Of a stretch of DNA of 60,045 nt, positions 8,708 through 18,640 are shown piece by piece. The stretch lies in the IMG/VR virus record IMGVR_UViG_3300034196_000061, positions 1-60,045 of that record, one strand, 5' to 3'. Made by a program: the position numbers and the translations under genes. The notes under the pieces were generated by a model that was not told the origin of the DNA, did not search any database, and worked only from the letters and a program-made list of their open reading frames with translations. Source of the DNA: a virus (lineage: Duplodnaviria; Caudoviricetes). Numbering within the stretch: the stretch's first letter is position 1; every line of letters starts with the position of its first letter.

Positions 8708-10399
8708 ATGGCGCTTGACCTTCCAGACACCGTTGAAGAGAGCCTAGAATTCTATCGGCACGTCGAGAAAGACGGTCCGCCAGCGGTCGCGCAGCTTGGG
8801 CGAAAGGACCTGTTTTACCTTTTGGCCATCCTGCTAAGACGCCCGGATGTCATGCACCCGTGGCTGTTCAAGAGATGCCGCGAGGTTCAAGAAAGTCCAG
8901 ACAACCACATCGACCTATGGAGCCGCGACCACTACAAGAGCTCGATAATTACGTTTGCTTTGACAATACAGAACATCCTCACCAACCCCGAGATCACGGT
9001 TGGGATTTTCTCGCACACCAGACCGATAGCAAAATCCTTTTTGGTCCAGATCAAGCGGGAGTTCGAAGATAACGAGCACCTGAAGGCTCTTTACCCCGAC
9101 GTGCTTTGGGCAAGCCCCATGAAGGACAGCCCCCGGTGGTCGGATGATATCGGGATCATCGTCAGGCGCGCGACGAACCCCAAGGAAAGCACGGTAGAAG
9201 CCTGGGGTCTGGTAGACGGGCAACCGACCGGAAAGCACTATTCGCACATGATTTACGATGACGTGGTGACGCGGGAGAGTGTCAGCACGCCGGAACAGGT
9301 CCAGAAGACGACAGCAGCTTTCGAGTTGAGCGACAACCTGGGAACCCAGGAAGGCGTGCGCCGGATCATCGGCACGAGATACAGTCTGCACGACACGTAC
9401 GCGACCATTCTCGAAAGACAGGTGGCCGAGCCGAGGATTCACCCGGCAACGCACAACGGAAGATTCAACGGCAAGCCCGTGTTCTTCAGCCAAGAGCTTT
9501 GGGAACGAAAATTAAAGGTGCAGTCAAAGAAAATCCTGGCGGCCCAGCTTCTGCAAAATCCGATGGCCGACGAAGCCGCGACGTTCCAAGCGGCATGGCT
9601 TAAAAGCTACGAGGTTCGGCCGAGGCTCTTGAACGTCTACATCATGTGCGATCCCAGCCGGGGTAGGACATCCGGGTCCGACAACACGGCGATGGCGGTG
9701 GTCGGCGTCGGCAGCGGCGGCAGCAAGTTCCTTCTCGACGGCGCCTGTCACCGCATGACGCTCAGTCAGCGGTGGACGACTCTGCGGGAGCTCCGGCGCA
9801 AATGGTCCGCCAAGCCGGGCGTGCAGCATATCGAAGTCGGGTATGAACGCTTTGGCGCGCAGTCCGATGACGAGTATTTCCAAGAGCAAATGGCGAAAAA
9901 CAAAGACTGGTTTCCGATCGAGGAACTTGCATGGCCGCGCGACGGCACAGAAAGCAAGAGAGAGCGTATCGAGCGCTTGGAGCCGGATTTCAGAAATGGG
10001 CGGTTCTATCTTCCGCTCCCGGTTCTGCGGGAAGGGAAGCCGTCAACATGGAAAATAAACAACGAGACTGAGGACGATCCCGACAACCCAGGGCGAAAGC
10101 TGCAAGGGATGAATTGGGGAAATCTGGAATATCGCAACGTGACCGGTGCAACCCGGGCGCAGATCGAAGCGATAGAGGGTGGATCGTCAGACCTGATAGC
10201 TCGGGCGATCAAGGTCATGGACGAAGAGCGCCACGTCTACGATCTGACTGTATGGTTCATGGACGAATACATACAGTTTCCATTTGGTCGTTGGCGGGAC
10301 ATGCTTGACGCTGTAAGCAGGATTTACGACATGGAACCACGACCGCCGCAGCTTACATCCAAAAGCGCAAGCGAGCCTCCGCTATTCTTTGACAGCTAA
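8708..10399 (+). CDS. terL: Terminase large subunit
   Basis: Walker A SRDHYKSS, TGKHY..MIYDD Walker B, IIGTRY, nuclease CDPS and FPFG..DMLDA motifs. Confidence 0.92.
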   Translation: MALDLPDTVEESLEFYRHVEKDGPPAVAQLGRKDLFYLLAILLRRPDVMHPWLFKRCREVQESPDNHIDLWSRDHYKSSIITFALTIQNILTNPEITVGIFSHTRPIAKSFLVQIKREFEDNEHLKALYPDVLWASPMKDSPRWSDDIGIIVRRATNPKESTVEAWGLVDGQPTGKHYSHMIYDDVVTRESVSTPEQVQKTTAAFELSDNLGTQEGVRRIIGTRYSLHDTYATILERQVAEPRIHPATHNGRFNGKPVFFSQELWERKLKVQSKKILAAQLLQNPMADEAATFQAAWLKSYEVRPRLLNVYIMCDPSRGRTSGSDNTAMAVVGVGSGGSKFLLDGACHRMTLSQRWTTLRELRRKWSAKPGVQHIEVGYERFGAQSDDEYFQEQMAKNKDWFPIEELAWPRDGTESKRERIERLEPDFRNGRFYLPLPVLREGKPSTWKINNETEDDPDNPGRKLQGMNWGNLEYRNVTGATRAQIEAIEGGSSDLIARAIKVMDEERHVYDLTVWFMDEYIQFPFGRWRDMLDAVSRIYDMEPRPPQLTSKSASEPPLFFDS

Positions 10400-10417
10400 C
10401 CAGCACGGGAGATCAGT

Positions 10418-10627
10418 ATGAGCGACACCGAAGGCACACCCGACGTTCCCGCCCCGGCGCCGGACCGTCCGCCGCAATACCCGTTCACGCCGCCAGTCGA
10501 GGGGACCGGTGAGCACCCATTGCCTGCCGGAGATGACACCCCGCCGGAAGATGGCGATGACGACAGCGAAGAGGGCGAAGAGGAAGAGGACGAAGAGACA
10601 CCTGAAGCTCCGGCGCCCTCGCCGTAG
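10418..10627 (+). CDS. Small acidic Pro-rich protein
   Basis: GGGAG RBS; begins MSDTEG like ORF 13581. Confidence 0.55.
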   Translation: MSDTEGTPDVPAPAPDRPPQYPFTPPVEGTGEHPLPAGDDTPPEDGDDDSEEGEEEEDEETPEAPAPSP

Positions 10628-10637
10628 TGAGCAAAAC

Positions 10638-10925
10638 ATGAGCGCGGCGCAAATTCGGAACTTCTCCGCGCTTTCGTACGCGCTCGGTTTTACCCTTTGG
10701 CGGTATCAAGCTGTTGACCACAGAGTAAAAGAAATGCTTGATGTGTCCTACTTCGATGATGCCAAAAACATGCTTCAGAAAGGGGACATGATTTTGGCCG
10801 GAGGATCGGACGGAGACGGAATATTTGTCGTGCAGGACATCAACAGTCGGCGAAAGCCGATCGTGCGCGTGTCGTGCATCTCGCTGGCCACCCTCTATCC
10901 TCCGCCGGCACAGGCGGTTGTCTGA
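10638..10925 (+). CDS. Hypothetical protein
   Basis: LSYALGFTLWRY...YFDDAKNML.KGDMI motif. Confidence 0.7.
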   Translation: MSAAQIRNFSALSYALGFTLWRYQAVDHRVKEMLDVSYFDDAKNMLQKGDMILAGGSDGDGIFVVQDINSRRKPIVRVSCISLATLYPPPAQAVV

Positions 10926-11166
10926 CGAGCCCGACGACGGGACAGAAGCTGCCGCTCCGCCGGAGCGTGCTGACGACGCTGCCGTGTTCCACGGCCATCT
11001 TTTCCAAAAAGAGGATGGCACCTGGGAGGGCGAATTGAGGGACCAATGGGGATGGGCGATTCCGATCACAGCAACCCGAGACAAAACTTGGGGAAACAAC
11101 CCTGCCCGCGTGATCCTCCGCGGCTTCTTGCCGGTGGATCGGCGAAGTGAGCGCATTCGGGATTGA
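10918..11166 (+). CDS. Hypothetical protein
   Basis: TTG start overlapping the previous stop region; GELRDQWGW motif. Confidence 0.5.
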   Translation: MSDEPDDGTEAAAPPERADDAAVFHGHLFQKEDGTWEGELRDQWGWAIPITATRDKTWGNNPARVILRGFLPVDRRSERIRD

Positions 11167-11317
11167 GCTTCGGTTTCACTGCGATTTTTGCGACAGCCGC
11201 GTCATCGTGGCGTGTCGCCCGGGGAGTGACGGCGAACGCCCGTGCGCGTGGTGCCGGGACCACTGGCCATGGCTGGCAACAGAGGACAAAGAAAATGCCG
11301 CGGTATCGGCCGACTGA
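11147..11317 (+). CDS. Small CxxC-CxxC zinc-binding protein (not in ORF track)
   Basis: GTG start; MSAFGIELRFHCDFCD...PCAWCRDHW, 56 aa, fills the gap between neighbours. Confidence 0.5.
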   Translation: MSAFGIELRFHCDFCDSRVIVACRPGSDGERPCAWCRDHWPWLATEDKENAAVSAD

Positions 11318-11489
11318 CGAAGACAGGGAGATTTCTGCAAAGCAGATGGCGAAGCGGAAAAAAGCTGGTGTGAGCTATCGGACCCTGGCGGCGGAGCACG
11401 GGACAAGCAAGAGCTCGGCGCACCGTGCCGTCAAGGGCGATACGGAGCCGATGCGTCAGGGCTTCAACAGGCTTGGTAGCGCAAAGTAG
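11295..11489 (+). CDS. Small HTH DNA-binding protein
   Basis: GVSYRTLAAEHGTSKSSAHRAVK helix-turn-helix. Confidence 0.65.
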   Translation: MPRYRPTDEDREISAKQMAKRKKAGVSYRTLAAEHGTSKSSAHRAVKGDTEPMRQGFNRLGSAK

Positions 11490-11575
11490 AAATATACATT
11501 CCAAGCTTTCTGCAAAATAACCTGCGAAATATTTGTACAACATGATAGCGTGCCCCAAGAACGAGGGGGCGCGCT

Positions 11576-12271
11576 ATGTCGTTTTCGTCTGGTGCAACCG
11601 GCAGCGTTGGGCAGGGCTCCGGGAGCCTCGTTGCTCCCGACTTCGGAAAGTGGAAGAGCCCGGGGGGATCAGCGTCGGCCGCGCTTGACACGCCCGGCGG
11701 CCCGCAACCGGCCGCGGGCTCCGGGGTGAGCTCGACCAGCACAAACAACAACGCCGGCCCGATGTCGGGCGGAAGCTCTGGCCCCCCTATCCTGCCGGTG
11801 CTGCCCTGGCGGCACGCGCCGGGCGGGCAAAACGCGGTCGGGGGCGGACCACCGCCCCAGGCGGGGGGAGCGGCGGCAGGCGCCGCTTTGTCCCCGCAAG
11901 CAACTGCAAACCTTGGACAATTTGCGCAGATGGTGGGCGGCGGCGGCGGGGCCGGCGCGATCAGCGGCGCGCAGATCGCAGCGATGTTGGCCGGGCAGGC
12001 ACCGGGCGCCGCGTCGACTCAGCCGACGCAGGCCCAGGTGGTCGCCGCGCTGCAAGGCGGGCAGGCAACGCCGGCCGCGTCCGGCCCGGCCGGGCCGGGC
12101 TCGGCCGCTCAGCCGCCCGGCGTCCAAATGACCCCGCAACAACTTTACGCAATCGCACAGATTTTGGGCGGCCAGGGGCAGCAACCCGGCGCTGCCGCGG
12201 TGGCCCCGACCATGCTCCGGCCTTCCGCGGCGGTCGCGCCGGCAGCGACGCCGCGACCGTCCGCGCAATGA
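11576..12271 (+). CDS. Gly/Ala/Gln/Pro-rich low-complexity protein, possibly virion internal
   Basis: GAGGGG RBS; ANLGQFAQM motif resembling neighbours. Confidence 0.6.
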   Translation: MSFSSGATGSVGQGSGSLVAPDFGKWKSPGGSASAALDTPGGPQPAAGSGVSSTSTNNNAGPMSGGSSGPPILPVLPWRHAPGGQNAVGGGPPPQAGGAAAGAALSPQATANLGQFAQMVGGGGGAGAISGAQIAAMLAGQAPGAASTQPTQAQVVAALQGGQATPAASGPAGPGSAAQPPGVQMTPQQLYAIAQILGGQGQQPGAAAVAPTMLRPSAAVAPAATPRPSAQ

Positions 12272-12288
12272 TCGCCGGGAGGTAAGCG

Positions 12289-13581
12289 ATGTCCGGTACG
12301 CAGGGCCAGGACGCGGACGGCAACCTCGCCGAATTCCTCCGGATGCTCAGCCCCGCGCCGCCGCAACCGACTCCCGGCTCGACCGGGCCGAGCTCGGCCG
12401 CGCCCGGCGGCAGCTTGCTCGGCGACGCTTGGCGCGATCTGAATGCCCGCCCCGGGCAAAGCCCGCTCGGCCAGCGGAACCCGCTTATTGACAACCCGGT
12501 GGGCACTCAGAGCCTGAGCGAGCAAAGCTTGGCCAACCCCGCCCCGGGCGGATTCTCGCCCGTCGTCGGGGAGCTCGGCGGCGTGCCGGCGACGCAACGC
12601 ACTCTTGATTCCTGGCACCAGGGCCAGTTGGCCGCGCTCAACTTCTCTCCGGCCAACATCATGGCCGGGCCGAACGCCCTCACGGCCAACATGGGCAAAC
12701 TCACCCGCGCCGCTGATCTTGAGAAAGCCGGAGCGACGCCGCACGACATATGGCAGCAGACTCAGTGGTTCCGTGGTGCCGATGGCGGATGGAGATTCGA
12801 AATTCCGGATACTGATGCGAAGATTTCTGCAAAAATTCCAAGGTTGTCTTCCACATCGCCAGACCAGAACGCGCAGCCTTTCATTTCCGCTACCGGACTT
12901 TCAGGAAAAACGCTCGGTCAGGTTGTCCTTCATCCAAATCTTTACGCAGCATATCCAGACCTAGCAAAAACACCAATGCAAACCGTTGGAGGACAAGAGG
13001 CGGCGGCCGGGCTTCGTGGGGCCATTTATCCGGACGGCTCTTTGGGACTCGCGACGGCACGTCAGGATGAGGCTATTTCTACAGCATTGCATGAGATACA
13101 GCATAAAATTCAGGACAAAGAAGGATTTGCACGCGGAGGAATGCCGCATGAATTCTATCCTCCGGGTCACGAAGATTATTACAATGCGTTAAAAAACACA
13201 GTAAACAATTTCGAAACAGATTACTTACGACAGCGCGGGCTTGATCCAATTTCTGTAAGGATAGCCCTCGAATATCAAGGGACTCCGCAGCTTACAGACT
13301 ATTTGAAAAACGTATTAGACGAAGCCCGAAAGGCTGTCGGATCGGACCAGTTGACATGGCATTCTGAAAACCTTGTCAGATTAGGTAAATTGCAGGGAAT
13401 TACAGATAATGCTTTCCAAAAATACAGATCGCTCATGGGAGAAACGGAATCAAGAAACGTACAGCGCCGCTTAGCCAATGACGACTATTCAGTCTTTCCA
13501 AGGTCCACAGAGAGCATTCCGGAAGAACAGCAAATTGCCGCCTTCCAAGGGAAGCCGGTTCCGAGAATTGGAGGTCCGTAG
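12289..13581 (+). CDS. Polyvalent-protein LPD23-like domain with HEXXH metallopeptidase motif
   Basis: WFRGADGGWRFEI, LHPNLYAAYPDL, LHEIQHKIQDKEGFARGG, Y..LMGETESRNVQRR. Confidence 0.75.
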   Translation: MSGTQGQDADGNLAEFLRMLSPAPPQPTPGSTGPSSAAPGGSLLGDAWRDLNARPGQSPLGQRNPLIDNPVGTQSLSEQSLANPAPGGFSPVVGELGGVPATQRTLDSWHQGQLAALNFSPANIMAGPNALTANMGKLTRAADLEKAGATPHDIWQQTQWFRGADGGWRFEIPDTDAKISAKIPRLSSTSPDQNAQPFISATGLSGKTLGQVVLHPNLYAAYPDLAKTPMQTVGGQEAAAGLRGAIYPDGSLGLATARQDEAISTALHEIQHKIQDKEGFARGGMPHEFYPPGHEDYYNALKNTVNNFETDYLRQRGLDPISVRIALEYQGTPQLTDYLKNVLDEARKAVGSDQLTWHSENLVRLGKLQGITDNAFQKYRSLMGETESRNVQRRLANDDYSVFPRSTESIPEEQQIAAFQGKPVPRIGGP

Positions 13582-15224
13582 TGTCAGATACAGAAGGCGC
13601 TCCGGCGCAAAATCCTGTTGTCGGACAAAACCTAGCTCAGTTCCTAAACCTGTCGCAGAGCGGCCTACCGTTCGAATGGCCGGAGCGGAATTCCTCTCTT
13701 CTTGGCCCCAGGAACCGCTTTATCGACAACCCGGTGGGCACTCAGAGCCTGAGCGAGCAAAGCCTGACGAATCCCGCTCCGGGCGGATTTTCGCCCGTCA
13801 TTGGCGATCTTGGCGGCGTGCCGGCGACAGGACCACAGATTGACAGGTTTTGGAGCCTTGCGTCAGAAGCCGCCGGAGCCAGCCCGATCACGGCGTATCA
13901 CGGCACGCCACATCTCTTCAGCGCTTTGGACAAAACCAAGATCGGAACAGGAGAAGGCGCGCAGGCTTACGGATATGGCCACTATAGCGCCGGAAATGAG
14001 GACATCGCGAGGGGATACCGAGACAAGCTGTCGCGTGGCGCAGACACTGCGTTTGCAGACTCGGCGGGGAACGTAGTCGGGCCTTGGCCTCCTGACATGA
14101 CAACGCCTCAAGGTTGGGCTTTAGATTTTCTTAATACATACAAAGGTGACTATAATATTGCGTCATCTCGTTTGTCCGATTCTATAGCCGAAGCGCAGAA
14201 ATACATACGTTCAATGTCTGGTTCTCCAAGCGCGCAACGCCTGATCGCTGAAATGCCTCTGAAGCAAGGCGCGATTGACGAACTGGCAAGAATGGAAGCG
14301 GCCGGCGTGAAGAGAAAGCCGCCGGGAAACATGTACGAAATGCGGCTTAACGTTGAGCCGCATCAGATGCTTGATTGGGACACGCCTCTTGCCGAGCACC
14401 ATCCGGAAGTACATGAAGCTTTGAAGCGTGCTGGCGTTCTGCCGGCCGACAATCCGTATCTGTGGCGCGAAATTCACGATCCAGGCGTGCCGGGTGAGAT
14501 CGGGCATGAACTTTATCACCGCGACGATCCGAGCAACGGTCTGGCAAGGCTTGGGGTCAAAATGCAGAAGATGCGGGATGGAACGACGATCCCGGCCGGT
14601 GACGCGGTGTTTGTCAACGGAAAGTCGATAGGAAGCGCATCTAGCGTCAACGAGATGAAGAGGATGGCTGAAGAGCGCGTTGTTCCGTGGGAAATTCGCA
14701 GTGGAATGGACAGGATTCGGGATACCGGAGAGCTAACATATAGGAACTTGGTTAGCAGACTCGATAACGAAGCCCATGCGAACGGCTATCCACCCCCAGG
14801 TTGGAACCCACACGCCGCCGCCGCTGAGAGACTTCGGGATGCCGGAATTCCAGGTATCCAATACTACGACGGATCAAGCCGAGCGGCGGCACGATCGCTC
14901 AAGCGCGACATCGCGAGACAGCAAGCCACGGTTGACAACTACACCGGGAAGATTGCTGATATACAAAGGCAGATTGACAATCCTCCATATGGAGCTCAAC
15001 CGGCATATGTCAGCAACCGGCAGGGGCAGATTGCTTCACTTCAAGCTACTTTGGAAAGCCAACAAGCTTACCTCGCGCAACTGAAATCCCCAAACTACCT
15101 AAGCCGCAATTACGTCATGTTCCCTGGAAATGAGCACTTGGTTGACATCCTCCGGCGCTACGCCGTTCCGGGGATGGTTGGCGCGGGAGCCGGAGCCGCG
15201 GCGGGCGGAACGCAACAGCAATAG
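13581..15224 (+). CDS. Polyvalent-protein ADP-ribosyltransferase-like (ART-PolyVal-type) protein
   Basis: AYHGTPH.F.....IGTGEGAQAYGYGHY...IARGYR, GNMYE, LDWD.PL, GIPGIQYYD..SR, RNYVMF. Confidence 0.7.
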   Translation: MSDTEGAPAQNPVVGQNLAQFLNLSQSGLPFEWPERNSSLLGPRNRFIDNPVGTQSLSEQSLTNPAPGGFSPVIGDLGGVPATGPQIDRFWSLASEAAGASPITAYHGTPHLFSALDKTKIGTGEGAQAYGYGHYSAGNEDIARGYRDKLSRGADTAFADSAGNVVGPWPPDMTTPQGWALDFLNTYKGDYNIASSRLSDSIAEAQKYIRSMSGSPSAQRLIAEMPLKQGAIDELARMEAAGVKRKPPGNMYEMRLNVEPHQMLDWDTPLAEHHPEVHEALKRAGVLPADNPYLWREIHDPGVPGEIGHELYHRDDPSNGLARLGVKMQKMRDGTTIPAGDAVFVNGKSIGSASSVNEMKRMAEERVVPWEIRSGMDRIRDTGELTYRNLVSRLDNEAHANGYPPPGWNPHAAAAERLRDAGIPGIQYYDGSSRAAARSLKRDIARQQATVDNYTGKIADIQRQIDNPPYGAQPAYVSNRQGQIASLQATLESQQAYLAQLKSPNYLSRNYVMFPGNEHLVDILRRYAVPGMVGAGAGAAAGGTQQQ

Positions 15225-15234
15225 GAGAAGCGAC

Positions 15235-15282
15235 ATGGGCAAATGCAAACCCGTCAAAAAGGGCAAGGATGACAAGAAGTAA
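15235..15282 (+). CDS. 15-aa basic micropeptide MGKCKPVKKGKDDKK
   Basis: AGGAG RBS; TAATG overlap with next gene. Confidence 0.5.
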   Translation: MGKCKPVKKGKDDKK

Positions 15283-15488
15283 TGGCAAAATCGTCAGGCG
15301 GAAGCTTCCGAGCTCCGCACTTGCCAAAGCCGGCGCCGATCAAGTCAGGCTCCGCCGGGCACGCCGGGGCACCGGTCGGATCGTCTGCCCACAAGGCGGC
15401 GCACGCCGGGTTCCGATCCAAGCTTGAGGAGATCGAGACAGATCGCGGCAGCTTCAGCTTCAAGAAAAACCGCGGAGGAAGAGACTGA
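15282..15488 (+). CDS. Small basic protein
   Basis: Coupled at both ends (TAATG, TGATG). Confidence 0.6.
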   Translation: MAKSSGGSFRAPHLPKPAPIKSGSAGHAGAPVGSSAHKAAHAGFRSKLEEIETDRGSFSFKKNRGGRD

Positions 15489-15658
15489 TGCCAAACACGA
15501 TACAGCCACCACCGACCCGCATTCTCAGTTTTCAACAAATGGTGACTGAGGCAGACCCCAACTGGTCCAAGGATAGACTGAAGTCAGTTGCTTACGAAAT
15601 GAGCAACGGACGGCAGTTTTTCTTCAACAATCAAACCTACACGACGACATCGACATGA
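15488..15658 (+). CDS. Hypothetical protein, 56 aa (not in ORF track)
   Basis: GGAGG RBS; MPNTIQPPP...YEMSNGRQF; coupled both sides. Confidence 0.6.
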   Translation: MPNTIQPPPTRILSFQQMVTEADPNWSKDRLKSVAYEMSNGRQFFFNNQTYTTTST

Positions 15659-16032
15659 TGGAAATAGATGTCCAATCCGAAGGCCCAACCGCGATGGCCG
15701 ACGAAGATGCCTGCCGGGCGGTCGGGGAGGATTTGCAGCAGGCGTACCCCGGATATCCATGGATGGTCGGGTGCGACCACACCGCCGGGCGACTCGTGAT
15801 TGACATTGCCCTGAAAAAGCCGTTCGGACTCGAAAACTACGCGTACGCTCTGCATCTCGCGACGGTGTTTGGCCCCGGAGGACAGGCCCGGGTTCGGCGA
15901 GCCGGCGGGGAGCTCTTGGAGCGCTTCGGGCTGCGCCGCGGGCACGCCGCACCAGACCATCGGCAGGAAGCCGCTTCCAACGGCCTGGACATTCACGAAG
16001 CGCTGTATCCCAAGAAAGGTCACACCACCTGA
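15655..16032 (+). CDS. Conserved pre-portal protein
   Basis: YPGYPWMV...VRRAGGELLERFGL; TGATG overlap with portal. Confidence 0.7.
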   Translation: MMEIDVQSEGPTAMADEDACRAVGEDLQQAYPGYPWMVGCDHTAGRLVIDIALKKPFGLENYAYALHLATVFGPGGQARVRRAGGELLERFGLRRGHAAPDHRQEAASNGLDIHEALYPKKGHTT

Positions 16033-18623
16033 TGCCGAGCTCCCGGCTCACGCCGCCATCAAACCAAGACGGCCGACACGGGCTGTCGTCGGCCGCCGCC
16101 TCGCGGTTTGACGCAGACGACGGCGGCGAAGAGCCCGGGATTCTCGACGCGGACACCGCGCGGAAGCTGGCAACCGACTGTTACGAGGCGTCAACCGATT
16201 GGCTCAACTCCGGGCGCCGGGCGGCTTGGAACAACAGCCTGAGAGCTTTTCAGAGCCTCCATCCGAGCGGCAGCAAGTACAACAGCCGCGAGTACGGATA
16301 TCGCAGCACCATGTACCGCCCGATCTCCAGGATGATAATCCGCCGGGCGGAGATGCAGACGGCGCAGGCTTTTTTTTCGAATGAGGACGTTGTTTCTATC
16401 AGGGCGCAAGACGACAACGACAAGAATCAGTTGGCAAGCGCCGAAATCAACAAGGCGCTCCTGCAATACAGACTGACGCATTCGATTCCCTGGTTCCTGA
16501 CGCTGATCGGTGCGCGGCAGGATTGCGAGATCATGGGGATTTGCTGTGCGAAAGCTTATTGGAAATACGAAGAGCAAGTAAGCCACACCGAAGATCGGCC
16601 GATTCTCGGTCCGGACGGTCTACCGCAGGCAGCGGAAGACGGCACGCTCCTGACGGAGCAAGTGGACATTATGAAGGCGATCCACGACAAGCCGGTGGTT
16701 GACCTCATAAGCCCCGAGAACATCCGATTTGAGCCGGGTTGCGACTGGCGCGATCCGGTTGGGTCAAGCCCGTACATCATTGAGTTAATGCCGATGTACA
16801 TAGGCGACGTGTTGACAAAGATGGAAAGCGGCGAGTGGCATTCTGTCTCTGAGTCAGCGCTGCGCGCGGCATCCGATCGAGACGACGACCAGACCCGCCG
16901 AAGCCGAGAAAGCGGACGTGTCCCGGGGAAGGACAAGGATTCATGGAAGCCAAAGGATTATGACATTTGCTGGGTCCGCGCCAACATCATCAAATGGAAT
17001 GGCCAGGACTGGCACTATTATACGCTGGCGGCATCGGGAGAAATCTTGACCGACCCTGTTCCGCTTCGTGATGTCTACTTGCACGGCGAGCGGCCGTATG
17101 TCATCGGCTTTACGATGATGGAGACGCATAAGACATACCCGAGCGGAAAGCTGGAAATGGTCCGCGATCTTCAGCGCGCCGCAAATGACATATGGAATAT
17201 GCGGTACGACAACTTGAAACTCAATTTGAACCCGCGGCAATTCATTCGGACAGGTGTTGCGACTGAGATTTCCGACGTGCGCAGCTTCGCGCCCGGAAAA
17301 GTCGTTGTCGTGAACACCAAACCGTCTGAGGACATGCGGAACGCGATCCAGTGGGATCGCCCGCCACCGATGGACGAAGCCGCTGCCTATCAGGAGCAGG
17401 ACCGCATAAATCTCGACACCGACCAACTGACAGGAGCGTTCACCAACTCGTCTGTCCAGGCATCGCAGCTTCAGCAGCAGAGCGCGACCGGAATGCACCT
17501 GATGTCCGGCGAGGCTTCCGGACTCAACGAATACGAGCTCCGGTGTTTCGCCGAAACATTCGTGGAAAAGCTTGTCAGGCTCTTGATGAAGCTTGAACAG
17601 GCGTACGAGGTTGACCCTGTTATTTTGGCCATTGCCGGGAAGAACAGCCAAATCTATCAGAAATACGGCATCAACGAGATCACCGACGCGCTGATTGAGG
17701 GGGAGCTTACCACGAAAGTCAACGTCGGCGTTGGCGCCAGCAACCCACAGATGCGCTTGAAAAACTTCATAGCTGGCGCCGACATCCTTGGCAAAATCTT
17801 TGGCCCAGCAGCGGCGACCGGTGCGAATTTTCCCGAAGTTGCGAAAGAGGTTTTCGGAATGCTCGGGTATTCCGACGGTTCCCGTTTTTTCAATCCGGAA
17901 TTCGATCCCCGCGTGGAGATTTTGCAAAAGCAACTCGACAAGGCCAAGGGCGCCGGAGGGAAGGGCGGCCCGACCGACCAGGGCAAGATACAGTCAGCGC
18001 AAATCCAGGCCCAGGCGCATCTTCAGGCCGCCCAAACAAAGGCACAGGCCGACGTGCAGATGACGGCGATGGAAGCGCAAGCGAAGCAGCAACAGATGTC
18101 CGTGGACCAATGGAAAACGATGTTCAAGGGGGCCAGCGACAACGCGATGGTGGAGGCGCAGCTTGCGCACTCAGGACAGCAGCAAAGGATAGATCGCGGG
18201 CATGACGCGGCGATGCAACACAACGAGATAGTGCATCAAGCCGCGATCAAGGGGGTGGGGGACGATAACGGGAACGTATCGGCGCGAACCCCCACACAGG
18301 GGGTTGTGGCTGGCCCTCGGGCTACACAACCCCCTGCTTCTGAAGATTCGTCAATGTCGTCAGTCGTGCAAATTCTTGCCGCTCTTACGAGCGGGATACA
18401 GCAAGGAAATGCACAGTTGGCAGCAGCAATCACCGAAAACACGCGGCAGATGACTCAGGCTCTAGCTGCCGTCGTGCGGGAGACGAATGCTCCCGTCATG
18501 CAGTCGATGGCCCACCTTGCGCAGTCGCACGCCAATATGGCGTCGGCATTGAGCGCGAGGCGCCGCTTGATTCGCGGGCCGGACGGGAGAGCGGAGGGTG
18601 TGGAGATCGTTGACACGAGATGA
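16032..18623 (+). CDS. Portal protein (podovirus type) with long Gln/Ala coiled-coil C-terminus
   Basis: 863 aa, position after terL, ISPENIRFEP, DLQRAANDIWN, SATGMHLM motifs. Confidence 0.88.
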   Translation: MPSSRLTPPSNQDGRHGLSSAAASRFDADDGGEEPGILDADTARKLATDCYEASTDWLNSGRRAAWNNSLRAFQSLHPSGSKYNSREYGYRSTMYRPISRMIIRRAEMQTAQAFFSNEDVVSIRAQDDNDKNQLASAEINKALLQYRLTHSIPWFLTLIGARQDCEIMGICCAKAYWKYEEQVSHTEDRPILGPDGLPQAAEDGTLLTEQVDIMKAIHDKPVVDLISPENIRFEPGCDWRDPVGSSPYIIELMPMYIGDVLTKMESGEWHSVSESALRAASDRDDDQTRRSRESGRVPGKDKDSWKPKDYDICWVRANIIKWNGQDWHYYTLAASGEILTDPVPLRDVYLHGERPYVIGFTMMETHKTYPSGKLEMVRDLQRAANDIWNMRYDNLKLNLNPRQFIRTGVATEISDVRSFAPGKVVVVNTKPSEDMRNAIQWDRPPPMDEAAAYQEQDRINLDTDQLTGAFTNSSVQASQLQQQSATGMHLMSGEASGLNEYELRCFAETFVEKLVRLLMKLEQAYEVDPVILAIAGKNSQIYQKYGINEITDALIEGELTTKVNVGVGASNPQMRLKNFIAGADILGKIFGPAAATGANFPEVAKEVFGMLGYSDGSRFFNPEFDPRVEILQKQLDKAKGAGGKGGPTDQGKIQSAQIQAQAHLQAAQTKAQADVQMTAMEAQAKQQQMSVDQWKTMFKGASDNAMVEAQLAHSGQQQRIDRGHDAAMQHNEIVHQAAIKGVGDDNGNVSARTPTQGVVAGPRATQPPASEDSSMSSVVQILAALTSGIQQGNAQLAAAITENTRQMTQALAAVVRETNAPVMQSMAHLAQSHANMASALSARRRLIRGPDGRAEGVEIVDTR

Positions 18624-18640
18624 AATACAGGAAAAAATAA

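Noticed and set aside
12490-13828. Duplicated segment as a DGR TR/VR pair
   Set aside because: Differences are mostly synonymous and not adenine-specific, and no reverse transcriptase is present.
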